From positions 1 through 64,000 of the IMG/VR virus record IMGVR_UViG_3300010373_000005: a stretch of DNA of 64,000 nt, one strand, 5' to 3'. Shown here one piece after another: positions 43,545-52,612 of this stretch. Source of the stretch: a virus. The first letter of the stretch is position 1. Each line of letters starts with the position of its first letter. The translations under genes and the position numbers were made by a program. Under the pieces are notes generated by a model. The model saw nothing but the letters and a program-made list of their open reading frames with translations. It ran no database searches and was not told the origin of the DNA.

Positions 43545-43724
43545 CTATTCTCCTAGCGCGTCCTCCATCTCCTTCATGATCTCCTCGCGCGTGAGCTTGC
43601 GCTCCGTCGCGCACACGTCCATCGCCTCGAGGCCGGCACCGTGCAGCGCCTCCTCGATCTCTGGCACCACGTCCACGTCGTCGTCGACCGTCACCTCGAG
43701 CGTCACCGTGTATCTCTTCGACAT
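43545..43724 (-). CDS. 59-aa acidic protein
   Basis: My own translation gives MSKRYTVTLEVTVDDDVDVVPEIEEALHGAGLEAMDVCATERKLTREEIMKEMEDALGE. GGAAGGGAG RBS. Just below the track cut-off. Confidence 0.5.
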   Translation of the reverse strand: MSKRYTVTLEVTVDDDVDVVPEIEEALHGAGLEAMDVCATERKLTREEIMKEMEDALGE

Positions 43725-43806
43725 CGCGTCTCCCTTCCTGTAGGAACTTCAGTAAACGAACAGTCCTTACTATAACAACTCCCTCAGGTCTCGTCCAGCT
43801 TGAATC

Positions 43807-44034
43807 CTAGTCGTCGATGTCTCCCTCGTACGGGAGGTCGTCATCATCAGGCAGGAACTGGTCCGGGTCGTCGGGGTCCCTGAGGCAGCCCTCGCAGAGC
43901 GAGCTCGGGTTGTCGATCGGGAGCACAGCCCCGCACACGCACTTCATGTTGAGCTGCCGTCCGGTGTCTTCGTCGTAGTCCGGGCAGCACCCGGGCTCGT
44001 GCCCGCAGCAGGGAAAGTCTTCGCATCGTGACAT
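43807..44034 (-). CDS. small Cys-rich acidic protein
   Basis: ATG at 44034 with a GAGGAGG RBS. MSRCEDFPCCGHEPGCCPDYDED...CVCG...CEGC. Confidence 0.55.
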   Translation of the reverse strand: MSRCEDFPCCGHEPGCCPDYDEDTGRQLNMKCVCGAVLPIDNPSSLCEGCLRDPDDPDQFLPDDDDLPYEGDIDD

Positions 44035-44183
44035 GATTCTTCGTACCTCCTCGCCTGCTCCTTGTAGTAGGGCACCTCGGCCCTGGTGAGGCCGGTCACG
44101 AAGACTCGGCCGTCCACCCTGACGACGTAGCAGTATCCGTCGTCGCCTCCCTCCTGCCTCGCGGTGATTTTTGGCTTGCGCAT
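43944..44183 (-). CDS. small hypothetical protein
   Basis: 79 aa with an ATG start. The last 30 or so codons overlap the next gene out of frame. Confidence 0.45.
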   Translation of the reverse strand: MRKPKITARQEGGDDGYCYVVRVDGRVFVTGLTRAEVPYYKEQARRYEESCHDAKTFPAAGTSPGAARTTTKTPDGSST

Positions 44184-44186
44184 GGG

Positions 44187-44729
44187 TCACCATCCAGTCG
44201 GTTCTGACAAGTTCTTGCCGTCAGGATGATGCTCGTAGAGTATCGACGCGAGTCGACCCTCGAACTCACAGGTGTCATGCCCGTCGCCGGAATAAGCGTA
44301 CATCACCTCCCCGACAGAGTCGAATCTCGAGCGCATGCTGCTCATGTCTACGTCGGCGAGTAACTCTACCAGCTCTCGGCGCACGTCGCCCGGCACCTCG
44401 CCCTTGACCACATAGTCATACACCTCCTGCGAGTCCTCGCCAAAGATCACCGCCAGACGACAGTAAGCTCTGATGAGGTCTTCTCCGTACGGTCCGCTGA
44501 GGTATCCCAACCACGTCGTCTCGTATTCGTGCCTCTCGCAGGAGTACTTCGTCGTCACCACGGGCACGCCGTTGAGTATCAGCACGAGGCAGGGCTCGGT
44601 CCTGTCTACTCTGGTGAAGACTATCTGTATGAACTCCCCGTCGTCGCTGACGTAGTTGCGACCAAACTGCGTGACTGAGCCTGGGCATAGGCCGAACTTA
44701 TACGCATCAAAGTCTGCTGGGGGTCTCAT
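44187..44729 (-). CDS. hypothetical protein
   Basis: 180 aa. The ATG overlaps the upstream stop (ATGA). Confidence 0.6.
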   Translation of the reverse strand: MRPPADFDAYKFGLCPGSVTQFGRNYVSDDGEFIQIVFTRVDRTEPCLVLILNGVPVVTTKYSCERHEYETTWLGYLSGPYGEDLIRAYCRLAVIFGEDSQEVYDYVVKGEVPGDVRRELVELLADVDMSSMRSRFDSVGEVMYAYSGDGHDTCEFEGRLASILYEHHPDGKNLSEPTGW

Positions 44730-45019
44730 GCTCTCCTCTCCTTCTTGTGAAGTGACAGCTTGATGGTCCTGCGCTCCACCTTGACGTCGAGCCCGACGGC
44801 GCGGCAGAGCTTCACGATCGAGTAGAACTGCGGGAGTCGCGTCCGGTGACTTCGCAGGTTGTACAGAGTCCCGACGCCGAGCCGGGCCTCCTTGGACAGT
44901 TCGTCTACGGAGTCGAACGCCTCCTCCGCGAGGGCGAACGCGAGGTCCACCGTCGCGTGCAGCTCGCCCAGGTACTGTCTGTCTACGATGCGTCTCACAG
45001 ACGACACTTTCTTCGCCAT
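44726..45019 (-). CDS. HTH DNA-binding protein (XRE-like)
   Basis: ATG at 45019 with a GAGGAGAAG RBS. ELSKEARLGVGTLYNLRSHRTRLPQFYSIVKLCRAVGL. Confidence 0.55.
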   Translation of the reverse strand: MAKKVSSVRRIVDRQYLGELHATVDLAFALAEEAFDSVDELSKEARLGVGTLYNLRSHRTRLPQFYSIVKLCRAVGLDVKVERRTIKLSLHKKERRA

Positions 45020-45039
45020 GATCTTCTTCTCCTCATCAG

Positions 45040-45345
45040 TTAGTACAGTGGTACGTGCCAGTAGCGCCCACAACGAGCGCAGGCGTGATCCATGTTGCCT
45101 GAGTCTGGACCGGCCGACGAGCAGTCCACTATCAGGTGCTCGCCGAGCATCTCACACAGCGCTTCGCCGTTGGTGGCGAAGCAGCCCGAGACGTGGCAGT
45201 CGACTCGCGTCTCGTCCGGCTCCCTGGGATAGTCTGCCTCAGAGTCACCGTAGAGCTGGTCGTAGTACTGCCACTCGCCGAAGTTCTGAGCTGCGTCCTC
45301 GAGGGCCTCGATCGAGATGAAGTCTGCGGAGGTGCGGACGCTCAT
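45040..45345 (-). CDS. hypothetical acidic protein
   Basis: 101 aa. The ATG overlaps the upstream stop. Confidence 0.55.
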   Translation of the reverse strand: MSVRTSADFISIEALEDAAQNFGEWQYYDQLYGDSEADYPREPDETRVDCHVSGCFATNGEALCEMLGEHLIVDCSSAGPDSGNMDHACARCGRYWHVPLY

Positions 45346-45722
45346 GGTATGAACACCGCCTCGAGCGCCTCACGCTGCTCGAGCGTCAGCGACACGCTGA
45401 GGTCCTTCGCCAGTTCGTGCAGCTGCTCCAGCTTCTTGAGGCGCGCTGCCCGACAACCGCGTGGGTCGTTGCACCTCGGGTTGATGCCGTCTCCCGGCAT
45501 CCATCTGCAGCCCGGGCACGCGTCGGGGTGCTGGAGCACCGACACCTCGAACTTCACGACGTTGTCGCCGTCGTTCCTGTCCTGCAGGGCCTCCTGCACG
45601 TCGTCGTTCGTGAGCGTCTCCTGCACCCAGTCGAGCACCGCGTCGAGCTCGCCCGCGAACTCCCTGAACGCGGTCTCGTCGCCGAGCATGCGGGCCGTCA
45701 CCCTGTACTGTATCTTCGCCAT
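45342..45722 (-). CDS. hypothetical protein
   Basis: ATG at 45722 with an AGGAGGAGAAG RBS. 126 aa. Confidence 0.55.
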   Translation of the reverse strand: MAKIQYRVTARMLGDETAFREFAGELDAVLDWVQETLTNDDVQEALQDRNDGDNVVKFEVSVLQHPDACPGCRWMPGDGINPRCNDPRGCRAARLKKLEQLHELAKDLSVSLTLEQREALEAVFIP

Positions 45723-45840
45723 GATCTTCTCCTCCTGATGGTCATAGACCACCTCCTGGTAGACTATGAGCCACCTCCGGCGGAATTGCCGGCGGCCCGC
45801 GCCGCTGTACGACGCGGGGCACCGGGGACTCAACCCGAGG

Positions 45841-46122
45841 TCATCTCACACCTCCCTCCATCCTCTCCTTCCATTCATGGAAGGTGTACTGCCTCTGACA
45901 GCCGATGGCAGCATGCCCACCGTATCCGACGAGGTACATGCTGAAATCGGCCGGCCACATCATCACACTGGCTGCATGTCGCAGGTCATCGAGCCCGATG
46001 AACGTCGACTCGTCTTCAGGCACGCGATACTCCCGACGCATGACCTTTCTCACGTAGTTGACGTCGATAGAGTCCGCTATCTTGCGCCAGAACACTGCCG
46101 GCTCGGTACGTACATACGTCAT
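45841..46122 (-). CDS. hypothetical protein
   Basis: ATG at 46122 with an AGAGGAGAG RBS. 93 aa. Confidence 0.5.
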   Translation of the reverse strand: MTYVRTEPAVFWRKIADSIDVNYVRKVMRREYRVPEDESTFIGLDDLRHAASVMMWPADFSMYLVGYGGHAAIGCQRQYTFHEWKERMEGGVR

Positions 46123-46142
46123 GATCTCTCCTCTTGTTAGGA

Positions 46143-46397
46143 CTACTCCGAGCAGGTCCTGCGAAGGTCGGGACAGCTGCTGTACCCCGCGCACTGGCGC
46201 GGCTTCCAGCAGAACGACGGGCAGCTGGACTGCGGGCCGAGGCGCGGCTCGGCGGGGTACGGCAGGCGCTCTACCGTTGCCTGTGACACGACCCGTCCAC
46301 CTCCTTGCTGCTGCGCGATGACCCTCGCGGAGCTCGGATCATCGGCCTCCACGCAGGCCCCTGATCCGTCTGTGAAACTCACCCAGTATGGCGTCAT
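46143..46397 (-). CDS. hypothetical protein
   Basis: The ATG at 46397 overlaps the upstream stop (ATGA). 84 aa. Confidence 0.5.
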   Translation of the reverse strand: MTPYWVSFTDGSGACVEADDPSSARVIAQQQGGGRVVSQATVERLPYPAEPRLGPQSSCPSFCWKPRQCAGYSSCPDLRRTCSE

Positions 46398-46903
46398 GGT
46401 TCGTTCTCCTTGAGGTAGTTGATGATCTGTTCGTCGTCTCCGACCAGCTCGACCTGACCATCGGGCATGTGCCTGGCGGTGATCCCCCAGTCCCACAACG
46501 AGTTAAGCAGCTCGAGCCCGCCGATCGATATGAGGAGCTCCTCTGTGTCGACCTCAGTTCCGTCGGGCTGCTTGAGAGGCAACTCGCCCTCCTTGACGAT
46601 CTTGCGCGTTGGCTCGCTGGTGCCCTCCACGCCCCACTCCTCGCTGAGCGCGAAGTTCCACAGCTTGCGCTCGGCTTCCTCGAGGCTCGTGAAGCAGTCT
46701 AGCCAGGGGTACCCCTGGCTAGACTGCGTGTCGAACACGCCCTCACCGATGAGGATGGCGACCCTGACGGGCTGCCTGTCGTTGTCGTACTTCGACTTCA
46801 GCCAGTACTGGAACCTCGGCTCGTTGTGGCTCGCGTCGCCCTCCCAGTCCTCCATGGGACCAGTGCAGAGCTTGCGACTCTTCTGGAACTCTTCGAACGT
46901 CAT
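46394..46903 (-). CDS. hypothetical protein
   Basis: The ATG at 46903 overlaps the upstream stop (ATGA). 169 aa. Confidence 0.55.
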   Translation of the reverse strand: MTFEEFQKSRKLCTGPMEDWEGDASHNEPRFQYWLKSKYDNDRQPVRVAILIGEGVFDTQSSQGYPWLDCFTSLEEAERKLWNFALSEEWGVEGTSEPTRKIVKEGELPLKQPDGTEVDTEELLISIGGLELLNSLWDWGITARHMPDGQVELVGDDEQIINYLKENEP

Positions 46904-47286
46904 CTCCACTCCTCCTCTGCATACACATTGCATTGCAGCGGGCAGACTGTCGCCGGCGGCGGGTCTCCCGCTGCGTGATCAGCGGCAGCATCCAGTATAC
47001 CAGACGGCTGCCGCGGTGTCCAGCCCTCTATGATTAGGGGGATGCGGATCGAGTACTTCGATTGGTCGTCCCACGTGCTCATGATGCTGTGCACCTCATG
47101 GATCGTGTTCCTCGCCGTGTTGAACACTCGGACGCGGCGTCCGTTCTTCAGCGGCAGGTACACGCAGTAGTACTCGTCGTTGTCCTCCCACTCCCTGGAC
47201 ACTGAGTCGAACGCGTCCCATACGTCCTTCCTGGTACCTGACACGACCAACCCCTTCTTGGGCAGCTCCTTGTAGACTGCGACCAT
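46900..47286 (-). CDS. hypothetical protein
   Basis: 128 aa with an ATG start. Confidence 0.55.
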   Translation of the reverse strand: MVAVYKELPKKGLVVSGTRKDVWDAFDSVSREWEDNDEYYCVYLPLKNGRRVRVFNTARNTIHEVHSIMSTWDDQSKYSIRIPLIIEGWTPRQPSGILDAAADHAAGDPPPATVCPLQCNVYAEEEWR

Positions 47287-47287
47287 G

Positions 47288-47506
47288 CTACTCGCTCACT
47301 TTCGTCAGGTACTCCTCGGCCACGAACACGAACTCCCAGCTGCGGGCTCCGGCCCTGTTGCTCACTTTGTAGAGCACGCTGCCGCAGTCCACCTCGGCGC
47401 CCTTGATCACGCCCAGGTAGCTGTGCTGTCCCGGTACCCTGATGAGGACGCGGTCGCCCTCCGAGAACTTGAAGCCCTTCACCTCACGCATCGTCTGCGT
47501 CGCCAT
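47288..47506 (-). CDS. small hypothetical protein
   Basis: 72 aa with an ATG start. SH3/Tudor-like beta composition (GDRVLIRVPGQHSYLGVIKG). Confidence 0.5.
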   Translation of the reverse strand: MATQTMREVKGFKFSEGDRVLIRVPGQHSYLGVIKGAEVDCGSVLYKVSNRAGARSWEFVFVAEEYLTKVSE

Positions 47507-47657
47507 GACACTTCCTCCTCACCGCAGTAGCGGCTCTCGCGGAATTGCGGCCGTCGGGCAAGCAGAGCTGCTTCACGCCCTCCGAGCTCACGACTCGGTT
47601 TGGGCCTCCACAGATGATTGCCCTCAGGCCGTCACTCGACGGTGCTGACGACGAGGA

Positions 47658-48212
47658 TCAGATGCTCACCCCGGCGCCAGTCTTGCTGTACACCACCGTG
47701 AGGCTGAACCCGATCTGCAGGTTGCAGTGCTCCCTCAGCGTGTCCTCGTCACCGAGCTTCTTGCTGTTGGTGATCGACAGGTTGAGTCCGGCCTGGACCA
47801 GGCACTTGTGGGTGCCGACCGGCAGGTCCACCTTGGTGCTGAGATTCCAGATGCACGAGCCCTGGCTGCTGAACGTCGGCCACGCGGCGTAGTTCCGCCC
47901 GGCGATCTGCACCTCGATCGGTCCGGCGTTCGCCAGGAAGTCCTTCTTGGCGCACTGGGCGCTCAGCTTGTGGCCCATCTGTCCGTTGAGGTACCATCCG
48001 AACGAGCCGCTGTTGAAGTCCGTCTTCACGTACGCCACCATCGGGACGCCGTTGATCTTGACGTCCACGGGCTGGGCGTTCTCCTCGAAGTACTGCCTGG
48101 AGGTCTCGTTGGACGTGCGCTCCAGCTTGTCCTGCAGCTGCGGCGCCGTGGCGGCGTGGGCGACTGCGACGGACGCGAGACGAGCGACGGTGGTCTTGAC
48201 TTGCTTCGCCAT
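47658..48212 (-). CDS. hypothetical protein with internal duplication
   Basis: 184 aa with a GGAGAAG RBS. The two halves share an NSGSFGWYLNG / SQGSCIWNLS type pattern. Confidence 0.6.
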   Translation of the reverse strand: MAKQVKTTVARLASVAVAHAATAPQLQDKLERTSNETSRQYFEENAQPVDVKINGVPMVAYVKTDFNSGSFGWYLNGQMGHKLSAQCAKKDFLANAGPIEVQIAGRNYAAWPTFSSQGSCIWNLSTKVDLPVGTHKCLVQAGLNLSITNSKKLGDEDTLREHCNLQIGFSLTVVYSKTGAGVSI

Positions 48213-48640
48213 GATACTACTTCTCCACGGATTACCGGCTCCGCTGGGCCGTTCCGTCTACCGCACTGGCTGATACCAGTGTACGGCAGCGCGGGCCAGA
48301 GGAGCCTCAGTCCTTGTGGCTGAGGCCCCGTCGTGGTTCGCGCTCCCTGTGAGTCGCTGAGGTCACCCCCTGCCGGGCGCTGTACCGGTCCACCCGTCGT
48401 GCCGACGGGCCAGGGTCGCCGTCTCAGCCATCCGCCCCGGTACGCCTCACGGCGTTCCTCTCGCGGTCATGGCCTCCACGGCCGTCTACCAGGTTGTCCC
48501 TCCAGAGCGTGGCGTGCACCGCGGCCAGGTCTCCCTGTTGGTGGCTTACCGCCGCCGGTCTCTCGTGCCAGTCACCGGGGACGGCGGCTCGGGTCCCCAC
48601 CGCCAGGTGCCTGGGGTGGCGGGCCGCCGTTCTGAAAATA
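48213..48640 (-). ncRNA. candidate structured leader / ncRNA (unclassified)
   Basis: No minus-strand ORF of 60 aa or more appears in the ORF track across about 430 nt of GC-rich sequence. Several clean hairpins: 48304-48326 (7 bp), 48393-48409 (7 bp), 48442-48455 (ACGCC-GUGA-GGCGU in minus sense, a GNRA loop). Confidence 0.35.
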
Positions 48641-48783
48641 TTTTAACATGTCTGCACTGAATAAAAATTCAAAACAGGTTTCTGCGTAAGTGGCGGTCGG
48701 TCCGATGGTTACATAGTGAACATTTGCTAACTAAGTTCAATAATTATTTAATTATTAACTCAGTTTTTAATTTTAACGCCTTC

Positions 48784-49335
48784 TTAGAGCTGGGATGCCT
48801 CAATTAGAGCCTTACACCTAATGATAATCAGGCGCACCCCACCGAGGCTCAGGTTATAGTATTCCGCGAGAGACCTCATGGAGAACTTGTTCGTAGCGTA
48901 GTAGTTGTAGAGTTCAAGTTCTTCTTCCGGAGTGAGCTTGTGAGGGCGACCCTTCCCAGTAGTATACATATGCCCGGCCGCTATCGCATCTTTCATATTT
49001 GAGAGATGAGTGTCCCATCTCAAGTTGGTGATAGCGCAATTCATGGAATCACTGTCATTGTGGCAGGCTTCTAGTCCCGCAGGACATAAGCCCCTAAACG
49101 CCCTCAGCACTGCTACATGAACTCGAAGAGGGTTGGCAGAGTACATCCTGGCCGCTCTGTATTTTCCAATAGTGCTCTCCTCCACTCGTACTAACTCGTC
49201 GCCTTGCTCCCAGTCTACCCAGCTGCGACCGGCGACGCGGTTGTTCCAGATGGTCCACAACGTGCCGTCAGCACGCGCAAAGAATCCTAGCTCCCCGGGT
49301 ATGGGTCTTATTTCTACTCCGTCGTGCGTCAGCAT
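48784..49335 (-). CDS. HNH homing endonuclease
   Basis: CHNDSDSMNCAITNLRWDTHLSN (HNH_3), a NUMOD4-like N-terminus and a C-terminal HTH. Visibly lower GC than its neighbours. Confidence 0.8.
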   Translation of the reverse strand: MLTHDGVEIRPIPGELGFFARADGTLWTIWNNRVAGRSWVDWEQGDELVRVEESTIGKYRAARMYSANPLRVHVAVLRAFRGLCPAGLEACHNDSDSMNCAITNLRWDTHLSNMKDAIAAGHMYTTGKGRPHKLTPEEELELYNYYATNKFSMRSLAEYYNLSLGGVRLIIIRCKALIEASQL

Positions 49336-49349
49336 CTCGTTCTCCTACC

Positions 49350-51239
49350 TCAAACAAACTTTCGCTTAGCGTCATCAGATTTAGCAATAGCCCAGTTGGG
49401 ACCCCAGCCGATGGCCGCCTTGATAGGCACCCTGAACGGCCGCGACGGGCTCTCGAGCACCTTCACTATCTTGCGCAGGAAGCGCTCGTCCTGGCAGAGC
49501 TCGAGCGGGGCGTAGCCCGCCACCTCGTCGTGCACCTGCGCGAACATCTCGAACTCCGGCACCTCCTCGGCGAGGGCGACCATCCGCTCCCGGCAGAGCT
49601 CTCCCGCCGTGGACTGGCACAGGCTCGGCAGGGCCGTGTGTGCTGCCTGCTCCGGCAGGTGCCTGAGCGCGCCGTAGTGGTTGCGCACCGAGCCCCTGGC
49701 CCTGCACGCGGCGGCCGCGCGCTCCCTGACCGAGCGCAGCTCCGGCAGGTCCGCGTGATACTTGTCGAATACAGCGGTGGCGCGGTACGCGCAGGCACGC
49801 TCGACCGCGGCACGTCGGGCCTCAGGTGGGATTGTACTGTCATTGACAATTTCATCCCAGATGGTCCCGACGAACTTCTTGTTGATGGCCAGGGCGGCGA
49901 TCGTCTTCTTCTTTCCCTGCCCGAACCCGATGGCGAAGTTCAGCGTCTTGGCCGCGTCGCGGCTGCACGGTATCGAGTCGGCGATCATCTGGTGGAAGTC
50001 GGTCCACGGGTCGTCCTGGTACATCTGGATGCACCGCCGGTTCTCCAGGTAGTGCACCAGCACCCTGTACTCAACCTGCGAATAATCCGCGCAGATGATC
50101 CCGTAGCCCTCGGGAGCCTCGACCAGCGACTTGGCCGCGGTGTCGAACTGCTGCGGGTTGGGCTCGCTCGCGCTCAGCCGGCCCGTGCGCACCCTGCCGT
50201 TGAACGTCGGGTGCAGCCTGCTGTCGTCGGAGATGTGGCCCTTCTTCTCCCACGCCCCGACGAACAGCGACTGGAACGTGGACAGCTTCCTGTAGTCCAG
50301 GATGCCCTGCACGATCTCCGTGGGCGCGTCTGGGTGGTCCAGGTAGAGCGCGAGCGCGTCAGCGTCGAACGACGGCCCTGGCTTCGACATCGTGCCGTCC
50401 GCCCTCTCGCTCGGCTCGGTCCAGGCCAGCACCGGCAGGCCGAACTGGTTGCAGAGCACGTCGTAGCAGTCCTTGTTCGAGGTGGCCGAGAAGACCCGCC
50501 CGATGAGCTTCTCTAGCTCGTAGTCCTTCTCGAGCATCTTCTTGATCGTGTCAATGTGCGCTCGCTTGACCTTCTTCCGGTCGATGAGCATCCCGCGGCG
50601 CTCCATGTCGAAGAGCACGCGTTCGAACTTCTTCGACGTCTCCCAGACCTCGTCGGAGACCGCCGGGAAGTGCTGCTCCTGCCAGACGTCTAGCTTGATG
50701 TTCGTCCTCACGTCGACGCACGCGTACTCTGCCAGGATGTCCAGCGGCACGTCGCCGTAGTCCTTGGAGTCCTCGAGGTACGGGAGCATCGCGCGCCCGT
50801 ACTTGTCGATGTTCTCCTCGAGCAGCTGCTCGGAGAGGACGTCGAGCCCGTAGCCTCCCTTGTAGATCCTGTCAGAGTCGATGAGCTTCGCCCGCGTGAG
50901 CGTGCAGCGCATCTCCCTCTGGAAGACCTCATTCAGGTCGTTGGCCGACACGTGCGCGTCGTACTTGACGTGATGGTTGGTCCAGGCGGCGGATGCCCTG
51001 AGCACGTCGCCCCACCAGCCTGACATGAGCCGCTTCGGCACGAACCAGATAGGACTGTCGCGCCCGAACGCCACCGCGACGCCTATGGCTGAGCAGTGGT
51101 GCCAGGGATTGGTCGACTTGAGCTTCGGGTCTCCAGACGAGGTCTCAAAATCACAGTATAAGTTTGGTATTATACTTGGAACTGATGGAAGATCTCCATG
51201 AGTTTCACAAAGCATCCCACCAGATTCAAACTTTATCAC
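49350..51239 (-). CDS. family A DNA polymerase with 3'-5' exonuclease domain
   Basis: Exo I LYCDFETSS. Exo II NHHVKYDAH. Exo III YACVDV. Motif A ICADYSQVEYRV. Motif B RDAAKTLNFAIGFG. Motif C FAQVHDEV. The GTG start overlaps the HNH stop. Confidence 0.9.
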   Translation of the reverse strand: MIKFESGGMLCETHGDLPSVPSIIPNLYCDFETSSGDPKLKSTNPWHHCSAIGVAVAFGRDSPIWFVPKRLMSGWWGDVLRASAAWTNHHVKYDAHVSANDLNEVFQREMRCTLTRAKLIDSDRIYKGGYGLDVLSEQLLEENIDKYGRAMLPYLEDSKDYGDVPLDILAEYACVDVRTNIKLDVWQEQHFPAVSDEVWETSKKFERVLFDMERRGMLIDRKKVKRAHIDTIKKMLEKDYELEKLIGRVFSATSNKDCYDVLCNQFGLPVLAWTEPSERADGTMSKPGPSFDADALALYLDHPDAPTEIVQGILDYRKLSTFQSLFVGAWEKKGHISDDSRLHPTFNGRVRTGRLSASEPNPQQFDTAAKSLVEAPEGYGIICADYSQVEYRVLVHYLENRRCIQMYQDDPWTDFHQMIADSIPCSRDAAKTLNFAIGFGQGKKKTIAALAINKKFVGTIWDEIVNDSTIPPEARRAAVERACAYRATAVFDKYHADLPELRSVRERAAAACRARGSVRNHYGALRHLPEQAAHTALPSLCQSTAGELCRERMVALAEEVPEFEMFAQVHDEVAGYAPLELCQDERFLRKIVKVLESPSRPFRVPIKAAIGWGPNWAIAKSDDAKRKFV

Positions 51240-51787
51240 GGAAACACCAAATGAGTATACGATTGTCTACGAACTAGCTTATAAATAACTATGGGCAACA
51301 CGTTGTATTCTTCAGCAAGTCGTGTAATATCGTCACCTGCGGCGTGACGTTGGAGTATTCGCAATGCATCTGAGTCATGAAATAGAGCTCTCCAATGTCT
51401 ACCGCCTTGATTAGAAGTGCCGCATCGACGTTTGTCAAGCTCATTTGAACTATGGGTATCCCATCTCAAATTTTGAATGCTGCAGTTAGTCTCGTCACCA
51501 TCGTAGTGACAGCACTCTAAACCTGGAGGCTTGGGACCAACAAAGGCCTCTAACATCACGTGGTGTAAGTACGGTTGAACACCGTACATTGATACTACTA
51601 ATCTATCTGAAGCCTTGTTGTATACCGTAACACACGAGTGAAATTCTTCTCCAAGCTTCCAATCTCTTTGTGGTTGAGCTCTCCATCGTTTATACCATAA
51701 CGTCCATACTGAACCTTCTTCCCTAGCGAAATAGTGAGGGAATCTGGGGATCTCTCGTATCTCAAGCCCCTCGTGCAGCTCGATCAT
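51236..51787 (-). CDS. HNH homing endonuclease
   Basis: CHYDGDETNCSIQNLRWDTHSSN. The ATG at 51787 overlaps the kinase stop (ATGA). The gene is markedly AT-rich. Confidence 0.8.
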   Translation of the reverse strand: MIELHEGLEIREIPRFPHYFAREEGSVWTLWYKRWRAQPQRDWKLGEEFHSCVTVYNKASDRLVVSMYGVQPYLHHVMLEAFVGPKPPGLECCHYDGDETNCSIQNLRWDTHSSNELDKRRCGTSNQGGRHWRALFHDSDALRILQRHAAGDDITRLAEEYNVLPIVIYKLVRRQSYTHLVFP

Positions 51788-52344
51788 CCGACCAGCTCCC
51801 TCCATTCCTCGAACCTCGAGACGTACGCGTCGATGACGTCCTTCCAGCATGACTGGTCGGACACGACTGCGTCGATCCTGTACCTGAACTGCATGTCGCG
51901 CATGACGAAGGTCCCGTCGAGGTCCTCAGCCATCTGGTTGAACACGCTGTTCACCATGACGATGTGCTCGATGTCGTACATGTCGTCGCCCCTCTGGGCG
52001 TGCCTCTCGCGCACGGTCGCCTCGTCCGCAGTGACCAGCACGATGAATCCGCACGCCTCCCTGATCGCAGCGTCGACCAGGTCATACTTCAGAGGAGTCA
52101 GGCTCGACTCGTGGTCGTCGCACTTCCTGTACGCGAGCGCGTCGAGGTGGAACCTGTCGTACACCACGTGCGGTCGGATCATCTCCAGGTACCCGCCGTA
52201 GTAGTCGAAGCACGCGGGCGGCCGTGACAGGTGCGCCGCCATGTGCGGCAGCCCGCAGTCGTTTATCGCGGCCAGGGCCGCCCTGCAGAACGTGGACTTC
52301 CCGACTAAATCCCCACCACTGACTATAAGTATGATTTTACCCAT
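51784..52344 (-). CDS. P-loop kinase (dNMP kinase or DNA-base kinase candidate)
   Basis: ATG at 52344 with a GAAAGG RBS. Walker A IVSGGDLVGKST. 186 aa. Sits in the nucleotide-metabolism cluster. Confidence 0.65.
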   Translation of the reverse strand: MGKIILIVSGGDLVGKSTFCRAALAAINDCGLPHMAAHLSRPPACFDYYGGYLEMIRPHVVYDRFHLDALAYRKCDDHESSLTPLKYDLVDAAIREACGFIVLVTADEATVRERHAQRGDDMYDIEHIVMVNSVFNQMAEDLDGTFVMRDMQFRYRIDAVVSDQSCWKDVIDAYVSRFEEWRELVG

Positions 52345-52393
52345 CCTTTCAAACCAGAAACTGTTAGTTGAAGCTCTATTCCAGTTGGAGAGA

Positions 52394-52612
52394 CTAACAT
52401 GTCGGGTCTTCTCCTTCGTTAGTGACATTCTCGTCTGGTACCACGTCGCACGACGACGGGTCCACCCACCTCCACTTCCCGGCCGCGTCCTTGAAGTGAC
52501 CGCGACCGTCCTTGGACACGAACTGCACGCGCACCTTGGTGGGCCTGACGGCCCGATCCTCTATCTGCGTGGCCACGTACCACGTGCGCTCACTTAGCAT
52601 CAGTACAGGCAT
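52394..52612 (-). CDS. small hypothetical protein
   Basis: 72 aa. Overlaps the 3' end of the ThyA-like gene by 23 nt. Confidence 0.45.
   Translation of the reverse strand: MPVLMLSERTWYVATQIEDRAVRPTKVRVQFVSKDGRGHFKDAAGKWRWVDPSSCDVVPDENVTNEGEDPTC

Noticed and set aside
48521-48540. A B12-box-like string (minus sense CAACAGGGAGACCTGGCCGC) that might suggest a cobalamin riboswitch in the 570-nt gap.
   Set aside because: This is only a partial match to the remembered B12 box. I could not find the other conserved riboswitch elements, and the downstream gene has no link to cobalamin. A covariance-model search is needed before any such call.
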